64,000 bases of DNA from an uncultured Pseudomonadota bacterium (GTDB lineage: Bacteria; Oederibacteriota; Muellerivitia; Muellerivitales; Muellerivitaceae): contig CAVYRH010000007.1 of assembly GCA_963770835.1 (NCBI GenBank), forward strand, positions 132,785 to 196,784. The letters run 5' to 3'. The notes beneath the pieces were generated by a model. That model was not told where the DNA came from. It made no database searches and saw nothing but the letters and a program-made list of their open reading frames with translations. A program made the position numbers and the translations under genes. Shown one piece after another: positions 1 through 10,355 of the stretch; within the stretch, counting starts at the first letter, position 1; every line of letters begins with the position of its first letter.

Positions 1-1114
1 AACTCTCGAACACCAAAGCAATATAAAAAAAGCAAGGACTAGGGCGGTTGAGGAGCGTAAGAGCCAGGTCCAACGAGGGCCGATTTTCCAGCCGGGTCGG
101 CAGGCGGACAGAATTGGAAGGGAGGTGAGCATGAAAATGGGAATATTCCTTACGGCTTTCAAGGCCAGGAAAAGAAAAATAAAATAAATTAAAAATTCGT
201 GGAGTTTCCTCTGGTGGAAAGTCAAGACAAGAGAAACCATGCCGAGAACGGCTATAGTGAAAAAAAGAAAAAGGTTGCAATGGGGATCTAAACCTAGGTT
301 TTGAACCGTGAGGGAATGCCAAGGTGAAAAGAATTCAGCAATCGTTTGTTTATAAGGATTTGAATCCTGAAGCCTGGTCCAAAGGGAAAAAGGGAAACAA
401 AAGACCCCGAAGCCCATAGGGGTTCAAGATTCCGATGGCCACCGATAAAAGAGAATAGCACACTAACGGGAAATCTATCCGCTTCCCATGAAACCATCCG
501 CTCAACAAATAGGTCGCCAAGGCGGCCCAGCCCAACATGAACAATCCTTCGGAGTTGACCCATAACAACTGGATCAGTGGCAAAAGAAAAATGAGGTTCC
601 TTGCCTTGGAGAATCTCAGGTCAAGAATCCATAAGGTCAAACTGAGATAGAGCCAGGAAAAAACCTCAGGTCGGACAATAAATCTCCTCTTCATTGCCAA
701 GGCTGCAGCCAAAAGCAGAAGAGATAGCATCCAGGGCGGAGCTAGGGTTGCCTTTAGGCGGAACCATAACAGGTTGAACACGATTAAAATAACGTCGGCG
801 TTGAGGAGGGTTAGAGAGGCATAACCGAAGGTTCGGTAAAACCCATATAAAAGAATTTGATAGAGGCCGTTTGAATCAAGGTAGTCCCGGTTCCCTTGGG
901 TGTAGGTGAAAGTGTCTTTTTGGGGGAAGGCAAGATGTTGAACAATCCATTGACCCGCTTTTAAATGAAAGCCAATGTCATCTGTGCCGATTTTTCGAAT
1001 GGCTAGAAGAAAGACCAGCAAGAAACAAGCAAGAAGCGGGTAAGACCAGGAATTGGCGAGAAAAACGGACAGGCGGGGAAACCGGACAGGGGCCGAGGCC
1101 GGGGAGTCAAGCAT
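1..1114 (-). CDS. Polytopic membrane protein, GT-C-like glycosyltransferase fold (frameshift near 390; runs off the window start)
   Basis: Many TM stretches. N-terminal loop DDIGFHLKAGQWI, plus RPEVFS and LNPYG. After a homopolymer slip near 385-395 another frame continues LWTRLQDSNPYKQTIAEFFSPW...AVRNIPIF. Confidence 0.6.
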
Positions 1115-1129
1115 GGTTATGGGATGCCG

Positions 1130-2290
1130 TTATTGGGAAAGCTCTTTTTGGATTTGGACAACCAAGGGGTGGTCATCCCTATAAAAGGATTTGGCGATTT
1201 CCAAAGCCTGTTTTAGGGTCTCGCGGGCGGCGTCCTTTTGTCTCAGGCCTTCTTGGGCCTCCGCCAAATCCAATAAGGCGACGGCCACCCTCGGATGATT
1301 GGCCCCGAAAGTTTCTTTCGAGGTCAGGAGGGCTTTTTGGAGGAGGCTTTCCGCTTCTTTCCATTGCCCAATAGCTTCATCCGCCTTGGCAAGCTTTTGG
1401 ACGTAGGGAAGAGATGAATAGCCGAAATAAGATCCCACGCAACCTTGGGCAATTTTGAGGGCTGAATCATAAAGAGGTTTGGCCTGTCGATCTTGGTTTT
1501 GAGAGCGGTAAAAATCGGCCAATCTTTTCATCGCGTCCGCAACCTCAATGGCATTCGACTTGAAGCCGTTCTTTGAAAGCTCAAGGGCTTTTTCGAGGCA
1601 GGATTGCTCGTCGGAAGACCGCGAAGAGGTTTGGTAAGCCTGGGCGAGAAGACACCAAATTTCCACAAGTTGCACTGGTTGGGCCGCCGGATTTTTCTTC
1701 GCCATTTCCAGACTCTTTTTCAATAAGGATAAAGCTTCATCCTTTTTTTGAAGTTCCAGTTCGGTTTGTCCCAAGAGCTTAAGCGCTTGCTCAAGATCGG
1801 ACGAATTCTCAGGGTCCCTCCCCACTTTTTCCAGTATCGCAACGGCCTTTTTTTGGAAAAATTCGGCGTCTTCCCAATGGCCCCAGTCAAAATAAAGGGA
1901 AGCTAATTCGGCGAGGGATTGGGCCACCAAGGGGTCTTCCATTCCGAAAGTTTTTTCCCGGATAGCGAGGGCCCATTGGAGATTGGATTCGGCTTCGGGG
2001 TAAAGAGCTAGATAGCGATCAACCGTTGCTAAATCCGCTAGTATCGGGACCAGTGAAGGGTGGATGGGGCCGTAGCGGTTTTCGGCGATCTTGATGGCAT
2101 TTTGTCCGGCTTCCCGGGCTTCGTTGAAAAAACCCTTGTGAGCCCGGTCATAGGCCGTAAATTCCGCTACGGACAAAGCGTCCCCGCTGTCCATGATTTG
2201 CTCCGCGGCCAGTGGCGATGCCCAAGGACGAAAAAATAGAAAAAGAACAGCTAATTTGGCGAGTATGGGGGGAAAGGGGCTTTTTTTCAT
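1130..2290 (-). CDS. Secreted tetratricopeptide-repeat protein (kinesin-light-chain-like TPR repeats)
   Basis: Signal peptide (MKKSPF...PLAA). Repeated ALAIREKTFG.EDP.VAQSL / LLTSKETFGANHPRVAVALLDLA TPR motifs. Confidence 0.85.
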   Translation of the reverse strand: MKKSPFPPILAKLAVLFLFFRPWASPLAAEQIMDSGDALSVAEFTAYDRAHKGFFNEAREAGQNAIKIAENRYGPIHPSLVPILADLATVDRYLALYPEAESNLQWALAIREKTFGMEDPLVAQSLAELASLYFDWGHWEDAEFFQKKAVAILEKVGRDPENSSDLEQALKLLGQTELELQKKDEALSLLKKSLEMAKKNPAAQPVQLVEIWCLLAQAYQTSSRSSDEQSCLEKALELSKNGFKSNAIEVADAMKRLADFYRSQNQDRQAKPLYDSALKIAQGCVGSYFGYSSLPYVQKLAKADEAIGQWKEAESLLQKALLTSKETFGANHPRVAVALLDLAEAQEGLRQKDAARETLKQALEIAKSFYRDDHPLVVQIQKELSQ

Positions 2291-3489
2291 GGAGCAAATC
2301 CCTGGAACCATGGCACTGGAGTTGGGATGGGATTTTGTGTTTGGGGTTCAGGAGCCGGAGCGAGGTTTCCTAAGATAACCACATTGGCATCCCGTTCGAA
2401 GGCGTCCTGCCACGTGGCGCCATCATCGGAGGAAACAGCTTCACGGGAAAGGTGGGCACCGCCGTCAAAACTTAGGTCGGCGGCTTCGGCGAGGCCCCCA
2501 GAGTTTCCGACTTCTGAAATCAAATAGCAATCCTCACAACCTGGCGCTTGGGTGGAAGCCCGCCCCGAGTTTGTTTGAAAAGCCACATAGCGGCATTCGG
2601 CGGGAAATTCTTGGGGCTGGTCTTCCTTTTTGACACCAATCGTTACCCATTGGTATTCTTCCTTTACTTGTGTGGGAACCGCAGCCAGCCCCGAAAAGGC
2701 GAGGATGATTTTGTGTTGGAGAAAATTGATAGTATAAACCCTGTAATGGAGCGGTTCGGTGGGATGTCCTTGCTTGCGGACGCGAAGGGCGAAACCGGCG
2801 GGTATCAGGCCGCTATGGGGGTGCAGTACCTCGCCACTGAGGACATCGTTCGCAGGGTCATTGGGTGTTCCGCTTCCATGGATGGGAAGCTCGCCGAAAC
2901 TGTCGTAGGGAATCCCCTGGTACTTGGAACCGCTTGCGTTTAGGGCGAAGAGGGGTTGTTGATCGAGAACCCGCCACTTTCCACCTTCCATTACAAGGAC
3001 ATTCAATTGTGGATCGGGTTTTTCGTCCCGCGGGTCGAAGGCATTGAGGTGATCCCCATAAGCCACGGCCGCGAAGTGATGTGTATTGATGACTCCCACG
3101 GGGTGCTGCCCACCACGGGTAACGTCCTGTTCCACGACAATGTGATAAACCTTACCGGTCAAAAGGGATAGGTTGTTGATCGGAACAGTGGCCCAACAGC
3201 CGCCCTTGGGCGTCACACTGGAGGATTCCAGGGGTATTGAGGAAGGAACCCCTTTTTCATCTTCCTCCAAACTCACCTTGTATCCGGGGGGATCCTGGGC
3301 TTTTTCACAATAAAAAGAAACACCGATGAGTTCCATATCTTGACGGCAGGTAAATCGGAGGGAGATTTTTTTGGCCTGGTTGTCAAGCGGGATGGAAAGG
3401 CGGGAATTAAGAACGAAGTGACAACCGAAATCGGCATGGGCCCAAGAAGTTAAAAAAAGAAAAGGGGCCAACCACATTAAAAATTTCAT
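2287..3489 (-). CDS. Secreted hypothetical beta-sandwich protein with a C-terminal Asp-box-like motif
   Basis: Signal peptide MKFLMWLAPFLFLTSWAHA at ATG 3489 (the upstream ORF extension is AT-rich and probably non-coding). SSDDGATW motif. Stop overlaps the TPR start. Confidence 0.7.
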   Translation of the reverse strand: MKFLMWLAPFLFLTSWAHADFGCHFVLNSRLSIPLDNQAKKISLRFTCRQDMELIGVSFYCEKAQDPPGYKVSLEEDEKGVPSSIPLESSSVTPKGGCWATVPINNLSLLTGKVYHIVVEQDVTRGGQHPVGVINTHHFAAVAYGDHLNAFDPRDEKPDPQLNVLVMEGGKWRVLDQQPLFALNASGSKYQGIPYDSFGELPIHGSGTPNDPANDVLSGEVLHPHSGLIPAGFALRVRKQGHPTEPLHYRVYTINFLQHKIILAFSGLAAVPTQVKEEYQWVTIGVKKEDQPQEFPAECRYVAFQTNSGRASTQAPGCEDCYLISEVGNSGGLAEAADLSFDGGAHLSREAVSSDDGATWQDAFERDANVVILGNLAPAPEPQTQNPIPTPVPWFQGFAP

Positions 3490-4019
3490 GAAAGATCCAA
3501 ACCGAAGGAAGTTTTGCAACGTTGAATGATAGCATGATTGGCAAATGTATCGGGCCTGGCCAGCGGGCTTTACTTCGTGGTGGTGGCCATACCAGATACC
3601 AATGGATACTTCCTCCAGAAACAAGAGACCCAGATTGTGGTTGAAAGATAAATGAAAGCTTTGAACTTTTATAGGGTATGTTTTAAGATGTCGCAGGATA
3701 TTATTGATTTCCAGTAGTGTTGAAACAGCTTTCCTCATGGTTGACTTTAATTCATCTCAGACCCTGCCCGGCCTTTGATCTCCTAAACCTAAAAATCGCT
3801 TCGATATGATTTAAATCAGCATTAAAGATTATAAAAAACTGTAGTTTTTTTATGATTTATTAGTCAAAAACTGACATGAGATGGCTTTTGTGAAAGCCGG
3901 GTAAATTTTTCACGAACAACTTCTTGAAATTAAGGGGTTTTTAGCGATGCTATTGGCAGGGAAAATGCATCTTGAAAGGTTTGATACTGTCGTTTTATCG
4001 ATAAATAAAACAGGGTCAA

Positions 4020-7000
4020 ATGGTTAACCGAATTTTTAAATATCTCATCGGCTTAAAACAATTTTCGTTGCCCGCCAAACTAGCGGTTGGATTTTTGGTT
4101 CTTTTACTCCCGGCCTTGGCCTTGGCCAATGCGACGCTTACCAGTGTCACCGTTTCCAACTCGAACCCAACCCCAGGTTCGGTTATCGGCGTAACGTTGA
4201 TCTATTGCGAAAGCAACACTTACACACAGCCCTTTTTCATGGTGGCTTTTAACCCCTCCTCCACGACCATCCAATCCTGCCCTGCCGCCAACCAAGTATT
4301 TGTTGTGGATACAAACACGCCGGCGGGAAACCCCTCCAATTCCACGGCTGTTGATGATACTCAATTTTCAGGTAATGGTTTTGGAGGCACCAATACAGAA
4401 GCCGCCGCGACTTGTCCGCAGACCCAGGTGTGGACCATTACGGTACCGACCAACCTTACGTCCGGAGCTTATAACTTAATCGTGGAGGAAAATGATTGGA
4501 GCATCCAATGTACAAATTCTTATCCTTCGGTTTCCACGGTGGTCACCGTTCCTCTTCCGCCCCCCAGTTACACCATTTTTAAATCAGCTGAATCAAATTC
4601 AGCCCAGCCCAATGATCTCATCCTGTTTAAAATCGATTACACCTTTACCAACACCCATAATTTTCAAATAACCGATACGGTTCCCCCCGATACAACCCTT
4701 GTTTCCGCCGGTCCCCCGGCGGTTTATAGTGGCGCGGCCCCAGGCGCCGGGCCCGGCAGCGGATTGACTTGGACCTTGGGAAACGCCACCAATCCTCAGA
4801 CAGGCGAGGTTTGGATGCTGGTAAGGGTTGACAGCCCATTGGCGGCGGGCACGACCATTCCCAACTTTGCCACCGCCAGTTCCACGGAGGTCGGAACCCA
4901 AAATTCGAACACCTCCATTGCTACGGTTGGCGCTGGATTCCAAGTCAATAAGAGTGAAACGGCGGCGAGCCTGAATCCAGGACAAACGGAAAGCTACACT
5001 TTAAATTACAGCATCAGTGGCTCCAGCCTTCAGGATTTTGATTCCTATGATTATGACCCGGTCAGTATGGGCTATACCAACATCACAGGGTTCGATGGAA
5101 CCACTTATGGCCCACCCATTTCTTCAGGAAACTTGGGGACTTGGCAAATCGTCGGCGGCGCCAACGGGGACAACTACATCAAGGTCAACGGCAATGGTTC
5201 CTATCCTTCCCTTTTGCGGAACCAGCCCACCGCCCTTTGCCCCCAGACCTCCGCTTATGTGGTGGAAGGGGACTTAATGGTGGACCCCGGCAACAACTGC
5301 GGAAGCAGTGGCTGCGACGCGACGATGGTCGTGAGGTCCGATTGTGCCGCCGCCGGGTCCAACAGCTATATGGTGGGGATTTCCGTTGATAATTTTTTTG
5401 GAACAGCGACGGAGCATTTCGGCCTCCAAAAATCATCCGGTGGAACGGTCAGCTGGCCTGCGGCCTCCTTCACAACGGGGGTTGGTACCGAACCAACGAT
5501 CAACGCGGGAGAGTGGTATACGGTCAAGGCTTTGCTTCAACCCAATGGAACGGGCGGGGTCAGCATTTCCCTGGAAGTTTGGCCGACCGGAACAACAGAA
5601 CCCGGCTTTTTCGTCTTTTACAACGATACGACACCGCCTCCTTGCACCGGTTGCGGGGAAGTTGGATGGCAGGGTGACAATTCCTTGGATGAGTACGACA
5701 ACCTCAAAATTTACGGGCCCGACCCCTCCATCAACACCACCCTTTACGATGCAGTGCCCGCAGGGGTGAGTTTCATTGCTTCCAGCCTGGCGCCTTCCAC
5801 CGGGGCCCCAAATTTAAGTTGGTCCTTCCCGGGAACGATTTATAACACGGCTGGTTCCATCACCTGGACGGGTGCGGTTACATGCACAGGCGCAGCCATT
5901 ACGAACGTCGCGGCCATTAACTCCACTAATTCTCCCCAGACGGTTCTTTCCAATTCAGTGACGTTAGTGGTGTCCTGTTTTACCAATACTCCCACCAATA
6001 CCCCCACAAATACCCCGACCTTTACCTCCACTAACACGCCCACTAACACAGCCACGCCCACGCCGACCTTTACGCCAACGAATACGGCCACGAATACACC
6101 AACCCAAACTCCAACCAACACCCCGACCAATACCCCGACAGTTACGCCCACCTACACCCCCACCAATACGCCGACTGTGACCGATACCTATACGCCCACC
6201 AACACCCCTACCGATACACCCACTCCGACACCCACCTTTACTCCCACGGCGACCCCCACTGATACCTTCAATAACTCCCCTACCCCCACCAACACGCCGA
6301 CCATTACCCCGACTTTTACCCCGACCTCTACCCCCACCAACACCTCAACGGTTACCCCCACATTCACTCCCACTAATACCGCGACCAATACTCCCACGCC
6401 CACCGTGACGAACACACCCACCAATACCCCCACGCTTACCCCGACGGCGACACCCACCAACACTTTCGTGCCGACCGCCACGAATACGTCCACCAATACG
6501 CCGACCTTGACCTCCACCAATACGCCGACCTTGACTCCGACTTTCACATCCACCTTTACGCCCACCTTGACTCCGACCTTGACGCCGACCGCAACGCTCA
6601 CCCTGACGCCGACATCCACCCCCACGCCCTTGGTTGTGGTCAATATCGGAAAGACCGTTTCGGACCAGTCCCCGTCGTCCAATGAGGTCCTGACCTACCA
6701 TGTCAACATCACTGTGCCGGACAGCCCAGCGTCGGGCGTCACCATAACCGACACGGTGCCGGCAGGATTGACGTTCCAATCCATGGCCGCAGTTTCCAAT
6801 CCGCCCGGCCCAGTTGTCACTTCCGTCATCCCCCTGCCTACCCCGGGCTCCACACCGGGCACGGGGACTCTCCTAGTTTGGGCTTTCCCCGGGCCGATCC
6901 CGCCCGGCAACTACACGCTCAATTACACCGCGGCGGTGACCAATTTCTCGCCGGCCGGGGAAGTGATCACCAACCAGGCGGCCCTGGTCTATTCCCAGAG

Positions 7001-7949
7001 CCCGGTTCCGCAGGTGGCCCAAGTGGCTTCGACCGTGACGGGCAACTACACGGTCCGGATTAATGTGTATAACGAGGCGGGCGAGGTCGTGAAAACGATC
7101 CTCCTCCAGCAGTATTCCCAGCCCATCCAGAGCGTTAACCTGGAAAGCAGCGATACGCTTGTATCCATCAACGACAAAATCCAAATCGTGTACCAGGGGC
7201 AGGTCATCGGCACTTGGGATGGGACGGACAACAACGGACAGGAAGTCACAAACGGGAAGTATTACATCAAAATCGATAACGTCGCCTTGAATGGATCTGT
7301 CACCTCGATTACGCAGGTGGCCATGGTGGCCCGGCATTTGGCCAATGTTACGGTAAACATCTATAACGAAGTTGGGGAGCTGGTGCGGCACCTGGACACG
7401 GTGACGGCGGATGCAGTGACCCTGGCGACGGGAGTGGGTCTTTCCAGCACAACCATTTCGCCCAGTTACCAATCAGGAGGGGTCAACTCGGATTTGAAGA
7501 TTACCCTTTCCAACGGGACGACGGTGGTATGGGACGGCCGAAACGACAGTGGACAAATCGTGGCCAACGGCCAGTATTTCCTGGAAGTTCAATCCAACGA
7601 CGGCCAGGGCGGGACCTCGACGGTGACCAAGCAAGTCAACGTGTTCCACCAGGGCGTAAACCTTACGAGTTCGCCGGTGGTTGTCTATCCCAACCCCGAC
7701 AGCCAGCGGGTGAACGGGCCCGTGATTTATTTCGTGACGGACCCGAGTTTGACCTTGAATGTAAACCTCTACACCATAGCGGGAGAACTGCTACCGGGCG
7801 TCAATCTGGTTCCGGAGGGCAATGGGGTCTACAAGTGGGACTTCACCGGAAGGGACGTCGCCAGCGGGCTTTACCTGGCGGACATCAAGATTACCGACTC
7901 CCTGGGCGGCTTCCAGCGGCAGATCACCAAGATCATGATCGTTCACTAA
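4020..7949 (+). CDS. Large cell-surface protein: DUF11 domains, lectin-like insert, Thr-Pro stalk, two FlgD-Ig domains, C-terminal sorting-like domain
   Basis: Signal peptide. DUF11-type K...TDTVP...N motifs occur three times. TPTNTPT repeats. WDGTDNNG and WDGRNDSG FlgD-Ig motifs. Terminal VYPNP...VASGLY...TKIMIVH. Confidence 0.85.
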   Translation: MVNRIFKYLIGLKQFSLPAKLAVGFLVLLLPALALANATLTSVTVSNSNPTPGSVIGVTLIYCESNTYTQPFFMVAFNPSSTTIQSCPAANQVFVVDTNTPAGNPSNSTAVDDTQFSGNGFGGTNTEAAATCPQTQVWTITVPTNLTSGAYNLIVEENDWSIQCTNSYPSVSTVVTVPLPPPSYTIFKSAESNSAQPNDLILFKIDYTFTNTHNFQITDTVPPDTTLVSAGPPAVYSGAAPGAGPGSGLTWTLGNATNPQTGEVWMLVRVDSPLAAGTTIPNFATASSTEVGTQNSNTSIATVGAGFQVNKSETAASLNPGQTESYTLNYSISGSSLQDFDSYDYDPVSMGYTNITGFDGTTYGPPISSGNLGTWQIVGGANGDNYIKVNGNGSYPSLLRNQPTALCPQTSAYVVEGDLMVDPGNNCGSSGCDATMVVRSDCAAAGSNSYMVGISVDNFFGTATEHFGLQKSSGGTVSWPAASFTTGVGTEPTINAGEWYTVKALLQPNGTGGVSISLEVWPTGTTEPGFFVFYNDTTPPPCTGCGEVGWQGDNSLDEYDNLKIYGPDPSINTTLYDAVPAGVSFIASSLAPSTGAPNLSWSFPGTIYNTAGSITWTGAVTCTGAAITNVAAINSTNSPQTVLSNSVTLVVSCFTNTPTNTPTNTPTFTSTNTPTNTATPTPTFTPTNTATNTPTQTPTNTPTNTPTVTPTYTPTNTPTVTDTYTPTNTPTDTPTPTPTFTPTATPTDTFNNSPTPTNTPTITPTFTPTSTPTNTSTVTPTFTPTNTATNTPTPTVTNTPTNTPTLTPTATPTNTFVPTATNTSTNTPTLTSTNTPTLTPTFTSTFTPTLTPTLTPTATLTLTPTSTPTPLVVVNIGKTVSDQSPSSNEVLTYHVNITVPDSPASGVTITDTVPAGLTFQSMAAVSNPPGPVVTSVIPLPTPGSTPGTGTLLVWAFPGPIPPGNYTLNYTAAVTNFSPAGEVITNQAALVYSQSPVPQVAQVASTVTGNYTVRINVYNEAGEVVKTILLQQYSQPIQSVNLESSDTLVSINDKIQIVYQGQVIGTWDGTDNNGQEVTNGKYYIKIDNVALNGSVTSITQVAMVARHLANVTVNIYNEVGELVRHLDTVTADAVTLATGVGLSSTTISPSYQSGGVNSDLKITLSNGTTVVWDGRNDSGQIVANGQYFLEVQSNDGQGGTSTVTKQVNVFHQGVNLTSSPVVVYPNPDSQRVNGPVIYFVTDPSLTLNVNLYTIAGELLPGVNLVPEGNGVYKWDFTGRDVASGLYLADIKITDSLGGFQRQITKIMIVH
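5981..6629 (+). repeat. Coding low-complexity Thr-Pro(-Asn/Phe) tandem repeat, roughly 215 codons
   Basis: Degenerate ACN-CCN-ACN-AAY units with variable third positions, in frame with 4020..7949. Confidence 0.95.
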
Positions 7950-8074
7950 TTCTTTTCCTCTTAGTGTTAAAGCAAAAGGGCCCACTTTCTCCAGATCTTC
8001 CTATTTCGACCGCAAAAAAATTTCCAAGGTTATAATCGCATGCGAGCAGGCAATTGCGCCGCGGGGAGGGAATC

Positions 8075-9358
8075 TTGGAGAAAAAAAACTGGGTCTTGGC
8101 AGGTTTGGTCTTGGCGGCGGGCCTTATGGCGGGTTGTTCCAGCCACAAATCGGGGCCCGACCTCCGGTGCATCGGCTGGGGCGGCAAGGAAGAGGCGGTT
8201 ATCCTCCAGCAGGCGGTTGATGAATTTAAGGAAGCCCACCCTGGCGCGGAAGTCGAACTGGACAGGGCGCCTTACGCCGAATATATCACCAAAGTCTTAA
8301 CCCAATTTTCCGGCGGCATGGCGCCCGATGTCATGGCGGTAAACGCCGAACAAATGATGGCTTTCGCTTCCAGAGGGGTTTTCGTCGATCTCAAGCCCTA
8401 CCTGGACAAGGACACTACCCTCAAGGCTTCCGATTTCTATCCCGAAGCCATCGACCATTACACCGTGAACGGCGTCTTGACCGCCTTGCCCCGGGATATC
8501 GCACCCATCGCAGTGGTCTATTACAATAAAAAAAAATTTGACGAAGCGGGAGTACCATACCCCAAGGACGATTGGACCATGGATGATCTTTTGGCCACCG
8601 CCCAGAAGCTCACAAAAAAAGACGCCACGGGGAAAATCACACAGTTTGGTTTTGTGGGGTCGGACAATTCGCCTTCCTGGGACGCTTGGGTCTATGCTTG
8701 GGGCGGCGCCTTAGTTGACAACGAGAAAAATCCGACCCGTTGCGTGGTGGACAGCCCCCAGGCCATCGCCGGGGTACAGTTCCTCTCGGACCTGGTGACG
8801 AAATACCATGTCATGCCGAGCCTGGCGAACCTCACTTCCATGGGAAGCATGGGCAACTCGGACCTTTTCACGAACGGGACAGTGGCCATGTTTTATTCCG
8901 GCATCTGGCTGACGCCCCAGTTCAGGCAGATCAAGGATTTCGATTGGGATGCGGTGGAATTCCCCAAGGGGCCCAATGGTCTAAGGTCCTTCCCCATGAG
9001 CGCGGCGGGCTACGGTATCGTGAAAGGAACCAAGAACCCGCAACTGGCCTATGAGCTGGTGAAGTACCTTTCAGGGGAAACGGGTGAGAAACTAATGGCC
9101 TCGACCGGCCTGACCCAGCCGGCTTTGAAGGCCCTGGCTGCTTCACCTGTTTTTCTCGACGGCCAGCCTCCCAAGTCTAAGGGTTTCCTGGTGGACGCCG
9201 TAAAATTTGGACATTTTCAGCCCCTGGATCCGAACGTGCCCGAATGGAAGGCCCATATCGAATCCATATTAGACAGGGTTTGGTCGGGCGACGAAACCCC
9301 GGAAAAGGCCCTGAAAAAAGCGGCCGCCGAGGTCAACGAGAAGTTCTTCAAAAAGTAG
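8075..9358 (+). CDS. Sugar ABC transporter substrate-binding lipoprotein (family 1)
   Basis: TTG start after GGAGG. Lipobox LMAGC. APDV, LPRD, YYNKKKFDEAGV and F.NG.VAM motifs. Confidence 0.9.
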   Translation: MEKKNWVLAGLVLAAGLMAGCSSHKSGPDLRCIGWGGKEEAVILQQAVDEFKEAHPGAEVELDRAPYAEYITKVLTQFSGGMAPDVMAVNAEQMMAFASRGVFVDLKPYLDKDTTLKASDFYPEAIDHYTVNGVLTALPRDIAPIAVVYYNKKKFDEAGVPYPKDDWTMDDLLATAQKLTKKDATGKITQFGFVGSDNSPSWDAWVYAWGGALVDNEKNPTRCVVDSPQAIAGVQFLSDLVTKYHVMPSLANLTSMGSMGNSDLFTNGTVAMFYSGIWLTPQFRQIKDFDWDAVEFPKGPNGLRSFPMSAAGYGIVKGTKNPQLAYELVKYLSGETGEKLMASTGLTQPALKALAASPVFLDGQPPKSKGFLVDAVKFGHFQPLDPNVPEWKAHIESILDRVWSGDETPEKALKKAAAEVNEKFFKK

Positions 9359-9397
9359 AGCTCTTTTATCGGGCTTCAGTTGTTGACGGGAATCTTA

Positions 9398-10192
9398 TCA
9401 GCGTTTTGGGCCGGGCTTGAAGGGCCTGAGGATTTCCAACATATGAGCGGGATCCAGCACCTCGATACAGTCCACGACTTGAGTGGCGGGAAAATCGTTT
9501 CCATCGGGTCCCAATTTATCCCCAAAAAACAACGCCTCGGAGGGTTTCAGACCGTTAGCCTCCAAAAAGCGGCGGATGCCGTAAGCCTTGTCGATACCCT
9601 TGGGCGTGATGTCGATCGAAGTCGTGCCTCCGATGCGCATGGAATACTTATCCCCCAATCGTTCCCTTAAAAAGAAAAGCCACTCCCGCCGCCGCTTGCC
9701 GTCCGGATCCGCCGCCCTTTTCTTGTCGTCAGGGGCGTTGCGGCCCAGGATGGAGAGGGTGATCTGGCTGCCCCGGTCCTGAAGCTGGTCTTCCTTGGAA
9801 GTCAGGGGACGAATATCGTAGGCGGCGATCAAGGCCTCCAGGGCCCCGAGAATCTCCTGGTGTTCCTGGATGCTGAATTCCACCTTGTATTGTTCCTTGA
9901 AAACGGGCTTACCCCTGGCATATTCCACCCTCACGTATTGGGCGCCGGAGACGGGCAGGAGGTGGTGGGGAACCCCGAGGAAAGGGGTCAATTGGGCGGA
10001 AATTTGATCCAAGCTGCTTCCGCTGATAAAGGCGAAGGCACAACCCCCGTTGACCACGCGGGCGATCTCCCGGGCGAGGTCGTGGCCGAGGGGCTGGGTA
10101 CTGGGGCAAACCGTGTCATCCACGTCCGCGATCAGGGTCCGAATTCCATCCCGCGCTTGCCGCTGAATTTCATCCGACGATTTAAAAATCAT
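9398..10192 (-). CDS. HAD-IIB hydrolase, phosphomannomutase-like
   Basis: DVDDT motif I, ISGS motif II, DRGSQIT, GGTTSIDITPKGIDKAYG, FFGDKLGPDGND motif IV. Confidence 0.8.
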   Translation of the reverse strand: MIFKSSDEIQRQARDGIRTLIADVDDTVCPSTQPLGHDLAREIARVVNGGCAFAFISGSSLDQISAQLTPFLGVPHHLLPVSGAQYVRVEYARGKPVFKEQYKVEFSIQEHQEILGALEALIAAYDIRPLTSKEDQLQDRGSQITLSILGRNAPDDKKRAADPDGKRRREWLFFLRERLGDKYSMRIGGTTSIDITPKGIDKAYGIRRFLEANGLKPSEALFFGDKLGPDGNDFPATQVVDCIEVLDPAHMLEILRPFKPGPKR

Positions 10193-10355
10193 ACCGGAAT
10201 ATTTTAACCGACTCCGGGGATTTTATCCTGAAAACGATTGGTAAAGCCTTTTAACCCTGGAGGGGTTTCGGTTATCTTATGTCCGAAAAAAGGTTTTTCC
10301 GAAGAGCCCTAAGCGAGGGCGGCATGAAGTCCTGAATACCCCTGAAGGAGCGGCC

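Noticed and set aside
3955..3992. GAAA-containing hairpin upstream of the surface protein as a c-di-GMP riboswitch
   Set aside because: The second stem and the other conserved elements are not recognisable. An Rfam scan would settle it.
5840..6682. Val-Gly-rich minus-strand ORFs and the repeat array as a possible CRISPR or separate gene
   Set aside because: They are the antisense shadow of the Thr-Pro coding repeat.
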